Numbered from the stretch's first letter, positions 22,307-32,575 are shown. The stretch: 64,000 nt of DNA from Patescibacteria group bacterium (GCA_041662665.1 JBAZSC010000001.1:577511-641510); one strand, 5' to 3'. Numbers and translations: made by a program. The notes: generated by a model not told the origin, from the letters alone.

Positions 22307-24409
22307 CTATAAATTATCTTTATTGATTTTGAATATTATAATTGATCCTAATTTGTCTGAGTCAAAAAACTCAGCTTTTTTTTCTAAAAAATCTGTATTT
22401 AATAATTTTTCCTGATATTTCCAGTCGATGTCAGCTTTTGTACTAAAAGATCCAAGTACTTTTTTGCCAGCATAGACAAATTCAATATTATTTTTTTTAT
22501 AAAATGATCTCGATAATTCAGAATTTGGATCAAAGATCCAAGGACATTCGCCTTTATAATCATTGCAATCGCTACCGTCGATTACAGCTCTGCCAGTCAA
22601 TAAATTAATATAGCTACCCCAACTTCTCATTGCTAATGTCTTTGGATAAGATAAAATAATAGCATTTTGGTCAGTATTATTTCTTATCCAAGATAAAGCT
22701 TTTGCATCAGAATCTTGCAATCTAACTTTTTGATTATATTCTGTTGAATCTTTAATGAAATTTAATGTACTAAATGACAATATTAATATTAAAACAATCT
22801 TGAGAGCTAAATAGCTTTTATTTCTCAAAAATAATCCAATTGTCAAGAAAAAATAAGCAATCATAACTATCAAAGGCAAAGCTAAATCCAAAGCAAATCT
22901 ATTAGGTAAAATAAAAAATGAAAAACGAGTCCCAATAAACAAAGCGATAGCCCAGGAAATTATAATAATTTTTTCAGCTTTCTGTAGAGACTTAAAAAAG
23001 AAAAAGGGGATTGATATCAAACCAAGGCTAAATATAAAAACACCTAAATGATTATCATACGCTTTCCAAGATACAGCTAATTCTGGTATTTCCGAAGTTA
23101 CGCTCACATCGTTAATTTGGTTATTTACAGACATTGCACTTTGGAATTGAGCAATTATACTATTTAGAAAAATTTGAGAATAATATTCATAAGTCAAAGG
23201 CAATATTAGGACAAACAAAGAAAATATAAGAATTAAGAAATTTTTAAAATAAATATTCTCAAAAATTTTTAAATGTTTTTTAAAAGAATCAAATCTCGAT
23301 AAAAATTTAAGAATAAGTAATAAAAATGCTATCAAAAACAAAGTCAAAATCATATATGTACTCGATAGTGAATGAGTCAAAAACACTCCACCAAAGAATA
23401 AAAAACATAATATTATTTTTTTATAATTAATTTCTTTGCTCAAAAATAGATCCTTCAGAAATGCCAAGCCAAACAAGAATAAGCACAATCCAGCAAAAAG
23501 ATTTAGATAAGTACCAGTTGAATAAGAATTACCAGGCTGTCTTGATATAAAAACTAGCAAAACCAAAGAAATAATTGCTATCAACTCATTTTTAAATAAT
23601 TTCCTCACCAAAAAATAAAAAGCAAGATAAGAAATAATAAAAATAAATGGCACGAAAAATATTGTTGTTGTTACAACGTCTTGACCAGTAAAAAACGTTT
23701 CTAATGCTAATAGAGTGTGAAATAATGGGGGATCTAAAGATCCTTCCCAAGCTTTTGTAAAACCTTGTTCAATAATTCCTTTTGCTTCAGTCATGTGTCT
23801 TGTTGGATCATCACCTGGAGGAACAATGTAGTTATGATGGAAAATTCCGTAATAAAAATGGAAAGCTAGCAAAATAATCAGCAAAACCAAAATTATCGCT
23901 CCGAGATTATTTTTAACAAATTGCCAAAAATTAACTTTTTTTGATGCTATTATCGCAGAACTAAAAAAATTCTTATTAAAACCGTTTCTCAAAGAATAGA
24001 TTGATTGAGAAACAATAAATTCTTTGACAAATAAAATTATCAAGCCAATCATAATCAACAACGATATTTCAATCGCAGAGCTTAACAATGTAATTTTCAC
24101 ACCAAGCTTACTTGATAGAAACACAATTAAAGGCGACATTACAAAGGATAATCCAAACGACAAAATTATTCTATCCGCCAATCTTATAGAACCATTTTTC
24201 GGCGTTCTATCAGCGTTAGTATCAGCGTTAAATCTGCCTCTAAGCAACAAAAAGCCCCAAACAAAACCTGGCAAAAATAAAGCAAACACACTTCCTAAAA
24301 CAAATCTTAAAGATTCAAGTGCTGTAAATTTAAAAGTCAAAACAAAAAAAGCAACCATAGCAGATGCAATAAAAAGAAAAACGCCAAAAATAACTTTTTT
24401 ATTACTCAT
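22307..24409 (-). CDS. DUF1616-like N-terminus fused to a GT-C-like membrane glycosyltransferase
   Basis: FLPGFVW...RIILSFGLS; GDDPTRH, LDPPLFH, SRQP, ALSWIRNNT. Confidence 0.65.
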   Translation of the reverse strand: MSNKKVIFGVFLFIASAMVAFFVLTFKFTALESLRFVLGSVFALFLPGFVWGFLLLRGRFNADTNADRTPKNGSIRLADRIILSFGLSFVMSPLIVFLSSKLGVKITLLSSAIEISLLIMIGLIILFVKEFIVSQSIYSLRNGFNKNFFSSAIIASKKVNFWQFVKNNLGAIILVLLIILLAFHFYYGIFHHNYIVPPGDDPTRHMTEAKGIIEQGFTKAWEGSLDPPLFHTLLALETFFTGQDVVTTTIFFVPFIFIISYLAFYFLVRKLFKNELIAIISLVLLVFISRQPGNSYSTGTYLNLFAGLCLFLFGLAFLKDLFLSKEINYKKIILCFLFFGGVFLTHSLSSTYMILTLFLIAFLLLILKFLSRFDSFKKHLKIFENIYFKNFLILIFSLFVLILPLTYEYYSQIFLNSIIAQFQSAMSVNNQINDVSVTSEIPELAVSWKAYDNHLGVFIFSLGLISIPFFFFKSLQKAEKIIIISWAIALFIGTRFSFFILPNRFALDLALPLIVMIAYFFLTIGLFLRNKSYLALKIVLILILSFSTLNFIKDSTEYNQKVRLQDSDAKALSWIRNNTDQNAIILSYPKTLAMRSWGSYINLLTGRAVIDGSDCNDYKGECPWIFDPNSELSRSFYKKNNIEFVYAGKKVLGSFSTKADIDWKYQEKLLNTDFLEKKAEFFDSDKLGSIIIFKINKDNL
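24196..24243 (+). repeat. ATCAGCG-family element, in frame inside CDS
   Basis: ttttcggcgttctatcagcgttagtatcagcgttaaatctgcctc; minus-strand RGRFNADTNADRTP. Confidence 0.8.
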
Positions 24410-24411
24410 TT

Positions 24412-24615
24412 TTATTTTTTTATTTCGAAAGAATCATCTGATACAAAAGCTAAGATAATTCCGAAAGCTAAGCCTAAAATCAAAACAATTTGACTGTTTA
24501 AATATCTATCATTAATCACATAATCTGTCCAAGAGTTTAAAACAGTTAGCAGAATAAACAATATCATACTTAATAAAAATCCATATTTACAAATTGTAGC
24601 TAAATATTTTTTCAT
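24412..24615 (-). CDS. Small two-TM hypothetical protein
   Basis: Operon-like spacing; two hydrophobic segments. Confidence 0.65.
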   Translation of the reverse strand: MKKYLATICKYGFLLSMILFILLTVLNSWTDYVINDRYLNSQIVLILGLAFGIILAFVSDDSFEIKK

Positions 24616-24624
24616 ATTTTTGAA

Positions 24625-24669
24625 TTTATCAGCGTTAAATCAGCGTTAGAAATCAGCGTCGAATCAGCG
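24625..24669 (+). repeat. ATCAGCG-family element
   Basis: tttatcagcgttaaatcagcgttagaaatcagcgtcgaatcagcg; contains the stop of 24653-25237. Confidence 0.85.
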
Positions 24670-25237
24670 CTTGCTTCAATCTTGCATAAAAATTCTGCAT
24701 TTCATTTTTACTATAATTTTTCTTTAAGTTTAAGTCAATTTCAGTCAGTGTTAACAAATTTTGATCTGTTACACCAGCTGCAGAAATCGCAAAAGTCAGC
24801 TTATTATTTTTAATATAATAATTACTCAACAAAAATTCTCTCAAATTAAAATTAGCACATGCTTTTTTCCATTGTGAATCGATATCTGTAACTTTTGTAT
24901 CAACAAATTCATATTTATCAAATGCTTTTTCAGCACCTAATCTTATTGAACTTGGCTGTCCACTATATTTTACGCATAAATTTGCATCATTAAAATTGGG
25001 TGGAATTCTAACTGAAAAATAAATTAATTCTGCCTTAACTTTTTGCGAATAATCACTGCCAACATGTTCAACGGGCAATAGTCTATACCAAGGATACGGA
25101 TTAGAAAAACGCAACGAATCATCAGGATTAAAATTATAAACAATTGTCATATTCTTATCAAACACAAAAAACATTGATAAAACATAGATTATCACTGCGA
25201 CAAACAGAATCCAAATTATTATCTTCAAAATTTTCAT
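24653..25237 (-). CDS. Membrane-anchored hypothetical protein
   Basis: N-terminal TM followed by a soluble domain. Confidence 0.7.
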   Translation of the reverse strand: MKILKIIIWILFVAVIIYVLSMFFVFDKNMTIVYNFNPDDSLRFSNPYPWYRLLPVEHVGSDYSQKVKAELIYFSVRIPPNFNDANLCVKYSGQPSSIRLGAEKAFDKYEFVDTKVTDIDSQWKKACANFNLREFLLSNYYIKNNKLTFAISAAGVTDQNLLTLTEIDLNLKKNYSKNEMQNFYARLKQALIRR

Positions 25238-25254
25238 ATTTGTAAAATCAAAAT

Positions 25255-25297
25255 GTCAGCGTCATATCTGCGTTAGAAATCAGCGTCGAATCAGCGA
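25255..25297 (+). repeat. ATCAGCG-family element
   Basis: gtcagcgtcatatctgcgttagaaatcagcgtcgaatcagcga. Confidence 0.85.
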
Positions 25298-25299
25298 TT

Positions 25300-27435
25300 T
25301 TAGAAGTTTGCTTCCAAAGAATCTTCTAAATAATTTCTAAAATCTTCGATAGCATCAACATCATAAACTCGTTCAGATAAATATAAATTATTTTTATCTT
25401 TTGCTTTATATAAACTCAATGATAGAAAATTATCAACAGAAGATAAAGCTGGCACATTATACATTTTATCAGCAACTTTTTTATCTTTTGTATCGCTATT
25501 TTTAAAATATTTTATAGATAGCGTACTAGAACTTAATGTTTTATAGTTCAAATAATTTTTCTTTAATAATTCCAAATTATCAACTCTATACGGATAAACA
25601 ATTAGTTCATCTTTTGCCACAAGAAGATAAACATGATCATAATCCATTACTATTTTATTTAAAGTTTCAAATGATTTTTCATCCAAAAAAGTTTTTAATT
25701 TGATAATAACGTCATCATTATCTAAATCATTTTCAAATTTATTTGCTTCAACTAAAAATTCTTTTTTAGAAAATAATTCTCTTCGAGGAACTGCATTAAC
25801 ATTATATAAATAATGTAAAACGTAAGACCATTTTTGCCAAGCCCATCCAGGATTCATTACGACTAAATCGTCAGTTTTAAAATTTTGGCTAATTTTTTGC
25901 AACTCCTTATCCATTCCATAATTTTCTCTATAGAAAACAATTGGCAAAGATATCAAAAAATTTCCAACAATTAAAACTATGATTGCTTTCTTAACAAAGC
26001 TTGTTAAATTTGAATTTAAATTGCTTAATCTAAACCATACAAAAGAAACAAGAATAAAGATGAAAGGCAAGAATATCGGATAAAATCTCCTCATAAACCA
26101 AGGCTGATCAATTGCAATTTGTGCTCGAAATAAAAATAATAATGAAGGCAGACATAATATAACTAAAATAAATTCTTCTTTTTTAAAGACTTTTTTGTAA
26201 AGTCCAATCAAGACGATAACAAAATAAAACAAAATTAAGTAAAAACCTAATGCTTTAAAATTGAATTGTATTTGATAAAATGACCAAGCCAGATTTGAAC
26301 CTTTTAAAAATAAAACAATTTCGTATAAACAAGCACCTAAAATGATTATACTGAAAATAATTCTTTGACCATTATTCATTAAATAATCAATTGTCTTTTT
26401 GCTAAAACCAAAAGCATATTTTCGAAGAAGATAATATACGATTAAGCATAATGCCAAAATCAAAAGCAAAACTAAAAAGACTTTAGAAAACAATTTCCAT
26501 GGATCGTAAAATTGTTTATAAAAATAAGCTAAGCCATTATATTTCTGCAGATACGCACCAAAAAATACTAAAGAAGCAACAGTTATGCCTGCACAAATAA
26601 GAGAATTCCATCCTAATTCGATTTTTTCGCCAAAATAACTAACTCTTAATTTCTTAATAGCCAAAATAATTAATAAAATTGCGATTGCAACAGCAAAATA
26701 CAGTAATGCCTCAGCACGAATAAAGATACAGAATAATAATGAATATAAACCAAAAAACAAACTAGATATTTTTTTGTTCTTCAAGCCTTCCATAAATAAT
26801 AAAATTCCAAGCCAGAAAAAAACCATAAACAAATTTTCTGAATTCAATCTCTTCGTAAACCAGAAAGTAGTATAAAAAGTACTAAGCAACAACAACGAAA
26901 ATAAAGCAGCCTTTCTGTTTGCCAAATCAGAAACAAGACAATAAATCAAACTTAAAAACAAAATCATTAATAAGCAATTCGCCCAAAGCATTGCATTTAT
27001 TCCGCCAAAAAGAAAATAAACAGCTAAATAAACAATATAGCCAGGCAAAAATTGAGATGTAAAAACATTTCCTTCTAAATTTCTAAAACCTGAATAAGCA
27101 TGAGTCAACTGATCATTAAAAGATAATGAACTAGTTTTAGTCAGCATAATCGCTGCTGACATATAACTCGCATCATCTCTGCCAGAAGGAATTCCATGAT
27201 GAAAAAAAGAAACAATTAAAGAAAAAACAATGATTGCTCCAAAAACAATCAGATCTTTTCTCTCAAGCTTAATTTTTTGTTTTCTCAGAAAAATCCAAGC
27301 TAGAAAACCTATACCAAATAAAATTAAAGATATAATTACGCTAATTTTATTAAACCAGCCAAAAACAGCCAAACCTAGCAAAAAAGTTAGACAAAAAGCA
27401 AAAAATAAAGTAAAATATTTTAAACAGTTAAACAT
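25300..27435 (-). CDS. Multi-pass GT-C-like membrane glycosyltransferase
   Basis: GRDDASY acidic loop, NSENL, IRAEA, PWFMRRF; many TM. Confidence 0.65.
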   Translation of the reverse strand: MFNCLKYFTLFFAFCLTFLLGLAVFGWFNKISVIISLILFGIGFLAWIFLRKQKIKLERKDLIVFGAIIVFSLIVSFFHHGIPSGRDDASYMSAAIMLTKTSSLSFNDQLTHAYSGFRNLEGNVFTSQFLPGYIVYLAVYFLFGGINAMLWANCLLMILFLSLIYCLVSDLANRKAALFSLLLLSTFYTTFWFTKRLNSENLFMVFFWLGILLFMEGLKNKKISSLFFGLYSLLFCIFIRAEALLYFAVAIAILLIILAIKKLRVSYFGEKIELGWNSLICAGITVASLVFFGAYLQKYNGLAYFYKQFYDPWKLFSKVFLVLLLILALCLIVYYLLRKYAFGFSKKTIDYLMNNGQRIIFSIIILGACLYEIVLFLKGSNLAWSFYQIQFNFKALGFYLILFYFVIVLIGLYKKVFKKEEFILVILCLPSLLFLFRAQIAIDQPWFMRRFYPIFLPFIFILVSFVWFRLSNLNSNLTSFVKKAIIVLIVGNFLISLPIVFYRENYGMDKELQKISQNFKTDDLVVMNPGWAWQKWSYVLHYLYNVNAVPRRELFSKKEFLVEANKFENDLDNDDVIIKLKTFLDEKSFETLNKIVMDYDHVYLLVAKDELIVYPYRVDNLELLKKNYLNYKTLSSSTLSIKYFKNSDTKDKKVADKMYNVPALSSVDNFLSLSLYKAKDKNNLYLSERVYDVDAIEDFRNYLEDSLEANF

Positions 27436-27443
27436 ATTAAAAT

Positions 27444-27493
27444 TTATTCAGCGCAATATCAGCGTTAGCAATCAGCGTCAAATCAGCTTCTAC
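27444..27493 (+). repeat. ATCAGCG-family element
   Basis: ttattcagcgcaatatcagcgttagcaatcagcgtcaaatcagcttctac. Confidence 0.85.
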
Positions 27494-27512
27494 AAAAGAT
27501 TATAACATAAAA

Positions 27513-28463
27513 ATGAAAAATCAGGAAGTTAACAACTGGCCAAAAGTAACAATCGTTTTTCCTAATTGGAATGGCAAAAATGATACTTTAGAATGCTTGA
27601 AATCATTAGCTAAGCTTAATTATCAAAAAAATAATTTAGAAATAATTATTGCCGACAATGGTTCAAACGATGGCTCTCAAAAAGCAATCAAGCAGGAATT
27701 ATCAAAAATGACTGGTTACGCAAACTTGAAATTAATAGAAATTGGCCAAAATATTGGCGCTCCAGCTGCTCTGAATCTAGCAATCAAATCTGCAAAACAA
27801 AATTATGATTTTATCTGGAAATTAGATAATGATGTTGTAGTTGATCAAAATTCATTATTATGTTTAGTCAAAGAAGCAATAAAAGAAAAAAATATTGGCA
27901 TGGTTGCGGGCACAAATTACTATTATGATCAACAAACAACTATTTGGGCAATTGGTGGAAAAGTTAATTTAACATTTGGATTAAGCCGTAATATTGGTAA
28001 AAACAAACAAGACCAAGATCAATTTAAAAAAGATTCTACTTTTGATTATTTGCCAGGATGTGCCTTATTAGTAAAAAAAGAAGTAATTCAAAAAATTGGC
28101 TTGCTAGATGAAAAATATTTTGTATATTATGATGAAACAGATTGGAATATCAGAGCAAAACAAGCTGGCTTTGATTTAGTCTACATTCCAGAAGCAAAAA
28201 TCTGGCACAAAGCATCAAGATCAACACAAGAAGGAAGCATTTTTAAAAACTATTACTTAACCAGAAATAAGCTATTATTTATCAAAAAATTTAATAATAA
28301 AAAGCTAAATATAGTTTTACCGATTGCCGCGATCTGCTTAGTTGACCTTCCATTCCGCTGGATTTTTAGAAGCAAAATAAAAGATCTGCCGAATATTTTA
28401 AAAGGTGCGACTTGGGGAATAATCGATGCCTTAAGTAAATATCCTAAAATAAGAAAGTTCTAG
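27513..28463 (+). CDS. Glycosyltransferase family 2
   Basis: PNWNG, ADNGSNDG, LDND, YFVYYDETDW. Confidence 0.92.
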   Translation: MKNQEVNNWPKVTIVFPNWNGKNDTLECLKSLAKLNYQKNNLEIIIADNGSNDGSQKAIKQELSKMTGYANLKLIEIGQNIGAPAALNLAIKSAKQNYDFIWKLDNDVVVDQNSLLCLVKEAIKEKNIGMVAGTNYYYDQQTTIWAIGGKVNLTFGLSRNIGKNKQDQDQFKKDSTFDYLPGCALLVKKEVIQKIGLLDEKYFVYYDETDWNIRAKQAGFDLVYIPEAKIWHKASRSTQEGSIFKNYYLTRNKLLFIKKFNNKKLNIVLPIAAICLVDLPFRWIFRSKIKDLPNILKGATWGIIDALSKYPKIRKF

Positions 28464-28522
28464 AGTTTAGAAATTTAAGCATTAAAAATTTAATAGAAAT
28501 TAGAAATTGAAAATTAGAAATT
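28461..28522 (+). repeat. 7-mer tract (TAGAAAT units)
   Basis: tttagaaatttaagcattaaaaatttaatagaaattagaaattgaaaattagaaatt. Confidence 0.7.
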
Positions 28523-28530
28523 CGCTATAT

Positions 28531-29592
28531 ATGCTAAAATTTTTCTTCAAATATTTAATTAAAGATAAAATCAGACTAACAACTTTCAACAAATTAGTTA
28601 TTTTAAAATTGTTAAAACATTCCCTCAAAAAATCAGAAATGCCAGAATCATATCTCTATGAATATAATGCCAAAACAATTCAAAAGACACTTGACTTCAT
28701 GCACAAAAAACAAGATACAATTGATTCAATGTGGTTGCAAAGAGGCTTAATCTGCGAAAATAAAAATTTTAAAGACACATCAAAAATCGCCAATGGTTCA
28801 ACAACCACACTCAAACAAACTAATGGCAAAAATTATTTAACTGATGAAGATTTGAGTTTTATCGAAAAAAATGATCCAGAAAAAGCAAAGATAATTAGAG
28901 AAACACACCTGCAAATGGAGGATTTCTATAAAAAAGCACTGTGCAATAAAAACTTGATTTATCATCCTGAAGAATTAGCAAAAATAGGCCAAATCTTAAA
29001 TCAAGGCTTAGCTTTTAAAAAAGATTTTACTTTTCATCGTGGAGAAATTAATAATTCCTTAAAATTATATTTCAATCGAATAGGGGAGTTCAAAAAAATA
29101 GATAAAACTGGAATTTTTGTTTTTGATGAAAAAATTGATTTATTAGTAAAAGGTTCGGAATTTATTTTTAATTTAAAAACTGCCAAAGCAATCGAGAAAA
29201 AAACTGGAGGAAAATTTTATGCTTTAAATCCTTTTGCCAAAAAATATATTGCTCCAAATGTTATCAGAGTTTTAAATACTGGAGTTTATGATTTGCCACA
29301 TCTTGGCCATGCTTCAAAAATAAAGAATCTAAAACAAGCAATTGCAAAAAATGGCAAATTAATCATTGGTTTAACCAGCAATAAAAATGTCCGAGGCATA
29401 AAAAACAAACAAGTTGTATTTTTAGCAAAAGACCGTAAAACAATGCTTGAATCATTAAAATATCCAGATAAGATAATTCTTGAACCAGGCAATAGCAAAA
29501 TCTTCAAAGAATTCTATAATTACGCTCAATTACCTTTTTATACAAAAACAATTTATAATTTTAAATCCATATTTAACAGAACGAACAATTGA
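28531..29592 (+). CDS. Unknown N-terminal domain plus C-terminal HxGH cytidylyltransferase-like domain
   Basis: GVYDLPHLGH, LIIGLTSN, DRKTMLESLKYPDKII (TagD/RfaE-like). Confidence 0.65.
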   Translation: MLKFFFKYLIKDKIRLTTFNKLVILKLLKHSLKKSEMPESYLYEYNAKTIQKTLDFMHKKQDTIDSMWLQRGLICENKNFKDTSKIANGSTTTLKQTNGKNYLTDEDLSFIEKNDPEKAKIIRETHLQMEDFYKKALCNKNLIYHPEELAKIGQILNQGLAFKKDFTFHRGEINNSLKLYFNRIGEFKKIDKTGIFVFDEKIDLLVKGSEFIFNLKTAKAIEKKTGGKFYALNPFAKKYIAPNVIRVLNTGVYDLPHLGHASKIKNLKQAIAKNGKLIIGLTSNKNVRGIKNKQVVFLAKDRKTMLESLKYPDKIILEPGNSKIFKEFYNYAQLPFYTKTIYNFKSIFNRTNN

Positions 29593-29600
29593 TAATAAGA

Positions 29601-29640
29601 TTCTGCTTTTTCTGCGTTAGCTTCTGCGTTCTTCTGCGTC
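29601..29640 (+). repeat. TTCTGCG-family four-unit element
   Basis: ttctgctttttctgcgttagcttctgcgttcttctgcgtc. Confidence 0.85.
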
Positions 29641-29650
29641 AAATTAAAGT

Positions 29651-30445
29651 ATGCCCACATTAACAGAATTAAAAAGAATCTGCCGTAAAAAAAATTACCA
29701 TAACTATTGGTCAAAGATTTTTTCTCGCCATATTTCCATTTATTTCACTTGGTTTTTTTGTCATACACCAATTACTCCAAATCAATTAACTTTTATTCAA
29801 ATAATTTTAGCTTGGCTAGCAGGATTATCATTAATTATCTGGCAATGGAACGGAATTATCGCCTGGATAATTTTAATGCAATTATCATTTATCTTTGATC
29901 TAGTTGATGGAGAAGTTGCGAGATATAAGAAAAAATCATCTTTATTTGGTGTAATCTTAGATTCATTTGGCCATGTCTTAATTAATCCAGCAGTATATTG
30001 GAGTCTTGCAATTTTTGTCTATTATCAAACATTTGATGTCTGGATAATCTACTTAACAATTATTTTATCAATCTTTTTAATTTCTCCATCAAAACACGCT
30101 TTAATGCGCGGAATTTTATTTTTAACAACCAAAAAAGACAATCCAATCTATAATTACGAAAATCTAAGCAAGCAGTTTAAACAAGAATATCTTCCTCCAA
30201 AACAAAGGAATAGCTCTCTAAAACAAGTTGAAAAAATATTGAAAACAATCTCCGAATTTCCAAATGACATGAATATTTTCTGCATTTTATTAATCTTAAC
30301 TCTAATTTTTCATAATACATTATTCACAACAATTGGCTTGGTTTTCTTTTCTGGATTAATAATCATAAAAGAATTTTACTTTTTATATCAAATCAAAAAG
30401 AAGAATTTAATTGAAAAAGAATACCTCAAGATTTATCAAAAATAA
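29651..30445 (+). CDS. CDP-alcohol phosphotransferase family protein
   Basis: ITPNQLT and signature DLVDGEVARYKKKSSLFGVILD. Confidence 0.9.
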   Translation: MPTLTELKRICRKKNYHNYWSKIFSRHISIYFTWFFCHTPITPNQLTFIQIILAWLAGLSLIIWQWNGIIAWIILMQLSFIFDLVDGEVARYKKKSSLFGVILDSFGHVLINPAVYWSLAIFVYYQTFDVWIIYLTIILSIFLISPSKHALMRGILFLTTKKDNPIYNYENLSKQFKQEYLPPKQRNSSLKQVEKILKTISEFPNDMNIFCILLILTLIFHNTLFTTIGLVFFSGLIIIKEFYFLYQIKKKNLIEKEYLKIYQK

Positions 30446-30461
30446 ACTAAAAAACGTTATC

Positions 30462-30483
30462 GCCACCCAACTTTAGTTGGGGT
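30462..30483. repeat. Short GC-rich REP-like hairpin
   Basis: gccaCCCAAC-ttta-GTTGGGgt in AT-rich context; single copy in the window. Confidence 0.4.
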
Positions 30484-30542
30484 TATATCAAAGCGAAATA
30501 ATTTCGTTTTTTTGTTATCTTTAAGCCAAAAACCAAAAAATA

Positions 30543-30596
30543 TTGACATTTTATTGAAAAAATGCTATCATTATATGTTCACTCAAGCCAGGGAGG
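30543..30596 (+). promoter_or_regulatory. Sigma70 promoter and strong SD (cassette A)
   Basis: TTGACA(30543)-17-TATCAT with TG extension; GGGAGG at 30591. Confidence 0.75.
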
Positions 30597-30601
30597 AAAG
30601 A

Positions 30602-30925
30602 ATGGCCAAGAATAAAAGACATGAATTGTTCGAAAGGTTGCATGAAATTCTTGGCAAATATCCGACTTGTCTCGAGACAAAGCCAGAAGATTTCAGATTC
30701 ATCATGTTGAAACTTGCTCCAAACAAAGCAGAAGGTTTCCTGTTCGAAGGAAGAAATCTGAGAGATGACAAAATTTACAGATTTCTTGTATACAAAGAGG
30801 CAGAATCCATCAAATTCGTTCTTTCAATCGATGGTGAAATCACCAAGCAAAGCTCCTTCTATCCGACCGCCACAGAAATGACATCACTTTTCGAAGAAAC
30901 TATCGACCACATCCTCATGTTCTAA
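30602..30925 (+). CDS. Orphan hypothetical protein (cassette A)
   Basis: SD-led ATG at 30602 (MAKNKRHELFERL...); own promoter and terminator. Confidence 0.75.
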   Translation: MAKNKRHELFERLHEILGKYPTCLETKPEDFRFIMLKLAPNKAEGFLFEGRNLRDDKIYRFLVYKEAESIKFVLSIDGEITKQSSFYPTATEMTSLFEETIDHILMF

Positions 30926-30926
30926 T

Positions 30927-30948
30927 AGACCCTAATCGGTCTTTTTTT
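30927..30948 (+). terminator. Intrinsic terminator (cassette A)
   Basis: AGACC-ctaatc-GGTCT followed by a T-run. Confidence 0.75.
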
Positions 30949-30952
30949 ATAC

Positions 30953-30975
30953 AAAAAATCGGACAATCAGTCCGA
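30953..30975 (-). terminator. Intrinsic terminator for 31004-32575
   Basis: A-run, then TCGGAC-aatca-GTCCGA. Confidence 0.7.
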
Positions 30976-31012
30976 CTTTATAAACTTTATAACTTTAAGA
31001 ACTTTATAGACT
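30975..31012 (+). repeat. ACTTTA-family element
   Basis: actttataaactttataactttaagaactttatagact; overlaps the stop of 31004-32575. Confidence 0.75.
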
Positions 31013-32575
31013 GTTAGTCATCACATTTTTAACAACATTAACTGGAATATTTACAAAATCCTTATAAATTTCACTTGCCGGCTTCCCATCCATGTATTCC
31101 GGTACTTGCAACCCCATATAATTCAAAACAGTTGGCGTAATATCCAAAATACTGATTGGTTTAATTTCCTTGCCAGCCAAGATATTTGGACCTAAAGACA
31201 TAAATATTCCATCTTGATCATGATATGAATTTGTATGCGATGTCGTTTCCACAAAAAGTTTATCATCAAATCTTGCAACAGCCAATCTTTTTTCACCATT
31301 AACTTTAAAAATAATGTCTGGCGCTTCAGCAACATAATTTCCATGATATTGCTCTTCACATGACATTACTTCTGTAAAAACTTTATCGCCATTTGGATCA
31401 GTAACCAACTTTAATTTTTCAATAATTTCTGATCTTAATTTTTTATATTCTTCTTTACTGACAGTTCCATTATTCTCTCGACCTATCAAATTAATATTTA
31501 CGCCCCAAGTTGATTTTGCGCCTAATTGAGCATAAGCAGTTGTATTTTTCCAATCAATCGTCTTTGTTGATTGCGGAATATTTTCTCTTATAATATTTTT
31601 AATTGATCTTGGAACAATATTCCTAAATTTATCAATAAACTTATTTTTAAATAATTTCTGTCTATCAAATTTAATTAAGTGAAAAAATCTGCGAAGTAGG
31701 GAAGTATTGCCTTGTTTTTCATGAACTTGTCTCCAGCCTTTTGCAACAACATCATTAATTTCTGATTTTTTGTATTGCATATAACCATTCTGATTCAACC
31801 AAGCCATGATATTAAATGTTTGATCATAATCATTAAAGCCATGATCAGACATAACAAATAATCCAGTTTCATTATCCATTAATTTCAAAATCTTGCCCAT
31901 CAAATCATCAAGAGTTTTATAAGTCCTAATAACCTTGTCTTCTTCATGCCAAAAATCATGCCCACAAATATCTGAACAACGAAACACAATCATAGAAAAA
32001 TCCCATTTTTCAGAAGTATAATATTTTTTCCAAATTTCATATCTTGCTTTATCAACTGAAACCATTGCATCAAATCTTTCTTCTCCGCCTTTATGTCGTA
32101 AATTTAATTCCATTGAATCAATAACATAATTTTGTTTTCGAAGCTCTTGTTCAAAAGACAATGGTTCAGCATATCTCTGAGTTGACAAAGATAATAGTCC
32201 GCCAACTAATTTGCCATTAATGCTTTCTGGAGGATAAGTCATTGGCACATTCCAAACCAAGCATCTCTTGCCATTTTCTGACAATATTTTCCATAATGAT
32301 TTAACTTTTACATCAGAAAAAGTATGAATTTTTCGATCTTCAATATTGAATTTATGCGTTGATAAAAAATGAAAGATTCCATGTTTGCCAGGATTCACGC
32401 CAGTATAAAAAGAAGGCCAAGCTGGCACAGTCAAAAAAGGAATTGTACTTTTCAAAATTCCATGACTTCCTTTTTCTAAAATATGTTTGAATGTTGGCAA
32501 TAAACCTTGATCACTATATTTTTTTATAGCTCTAAAAGTTCCGCCATCTAAACCCACGATTAACGCTTTTTTCAT
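31004..32575 (-). CDS. Alkaline phosphatase superfamily, type I phosphodiesterase/nucleotide pyrophosphatase-like protein
   Basis: VGLDGG, STIPFLTVPAWPSFYTGVNPGKHG, MSDHGF, ILDITPTVL...MDGK. Confidence 0.88.
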   Translation of the reverse strand: MKKALIVGLDGGTFRAIKKYSDQGLLPTFKHILEKGSHGILKSTIPFLTVPAWPSFYTGVNPGKHGIFHFLSTHKFNIEDRKIHTFSDVKVKSLWKILSENGKRCLVWNVPMTYPPESINGKLVGGLLSLSTQRYAEPLSFEQELRKQNYVIDSMELNLRHKGGEERFDAMVSVDKARYEIWKKYYTSEKWDFSMIVFRCSDICGHDFWHEEDKVIRTYKTLDDLMGKILKLMDNETGLFVMSDHGFNDYDQTFNIMAWLNQNGYMQYKKSEINDVVAKGWRQVHEKQGNTSLLRRFFHLIKFDRQKLFKNKFIDKFRNIVPRSIKNIIRENIPQSTKTIDWKNTTAYAQLGAKSTWGVNINLIGRENNGTVSKEEYKKLRSEIIEKLKLVTDPNGDKVFTEVMSCEEQYHGNYVAEAPDIIFKVNGEKRLAVARFDDKLFVETTSHTNSYHDQDGIFMSLGPNILAGKEIKPISILDITPTVLNYMGLQVPEYMDGKPASEIYKDFVNIPVNVVKNVMTNSL

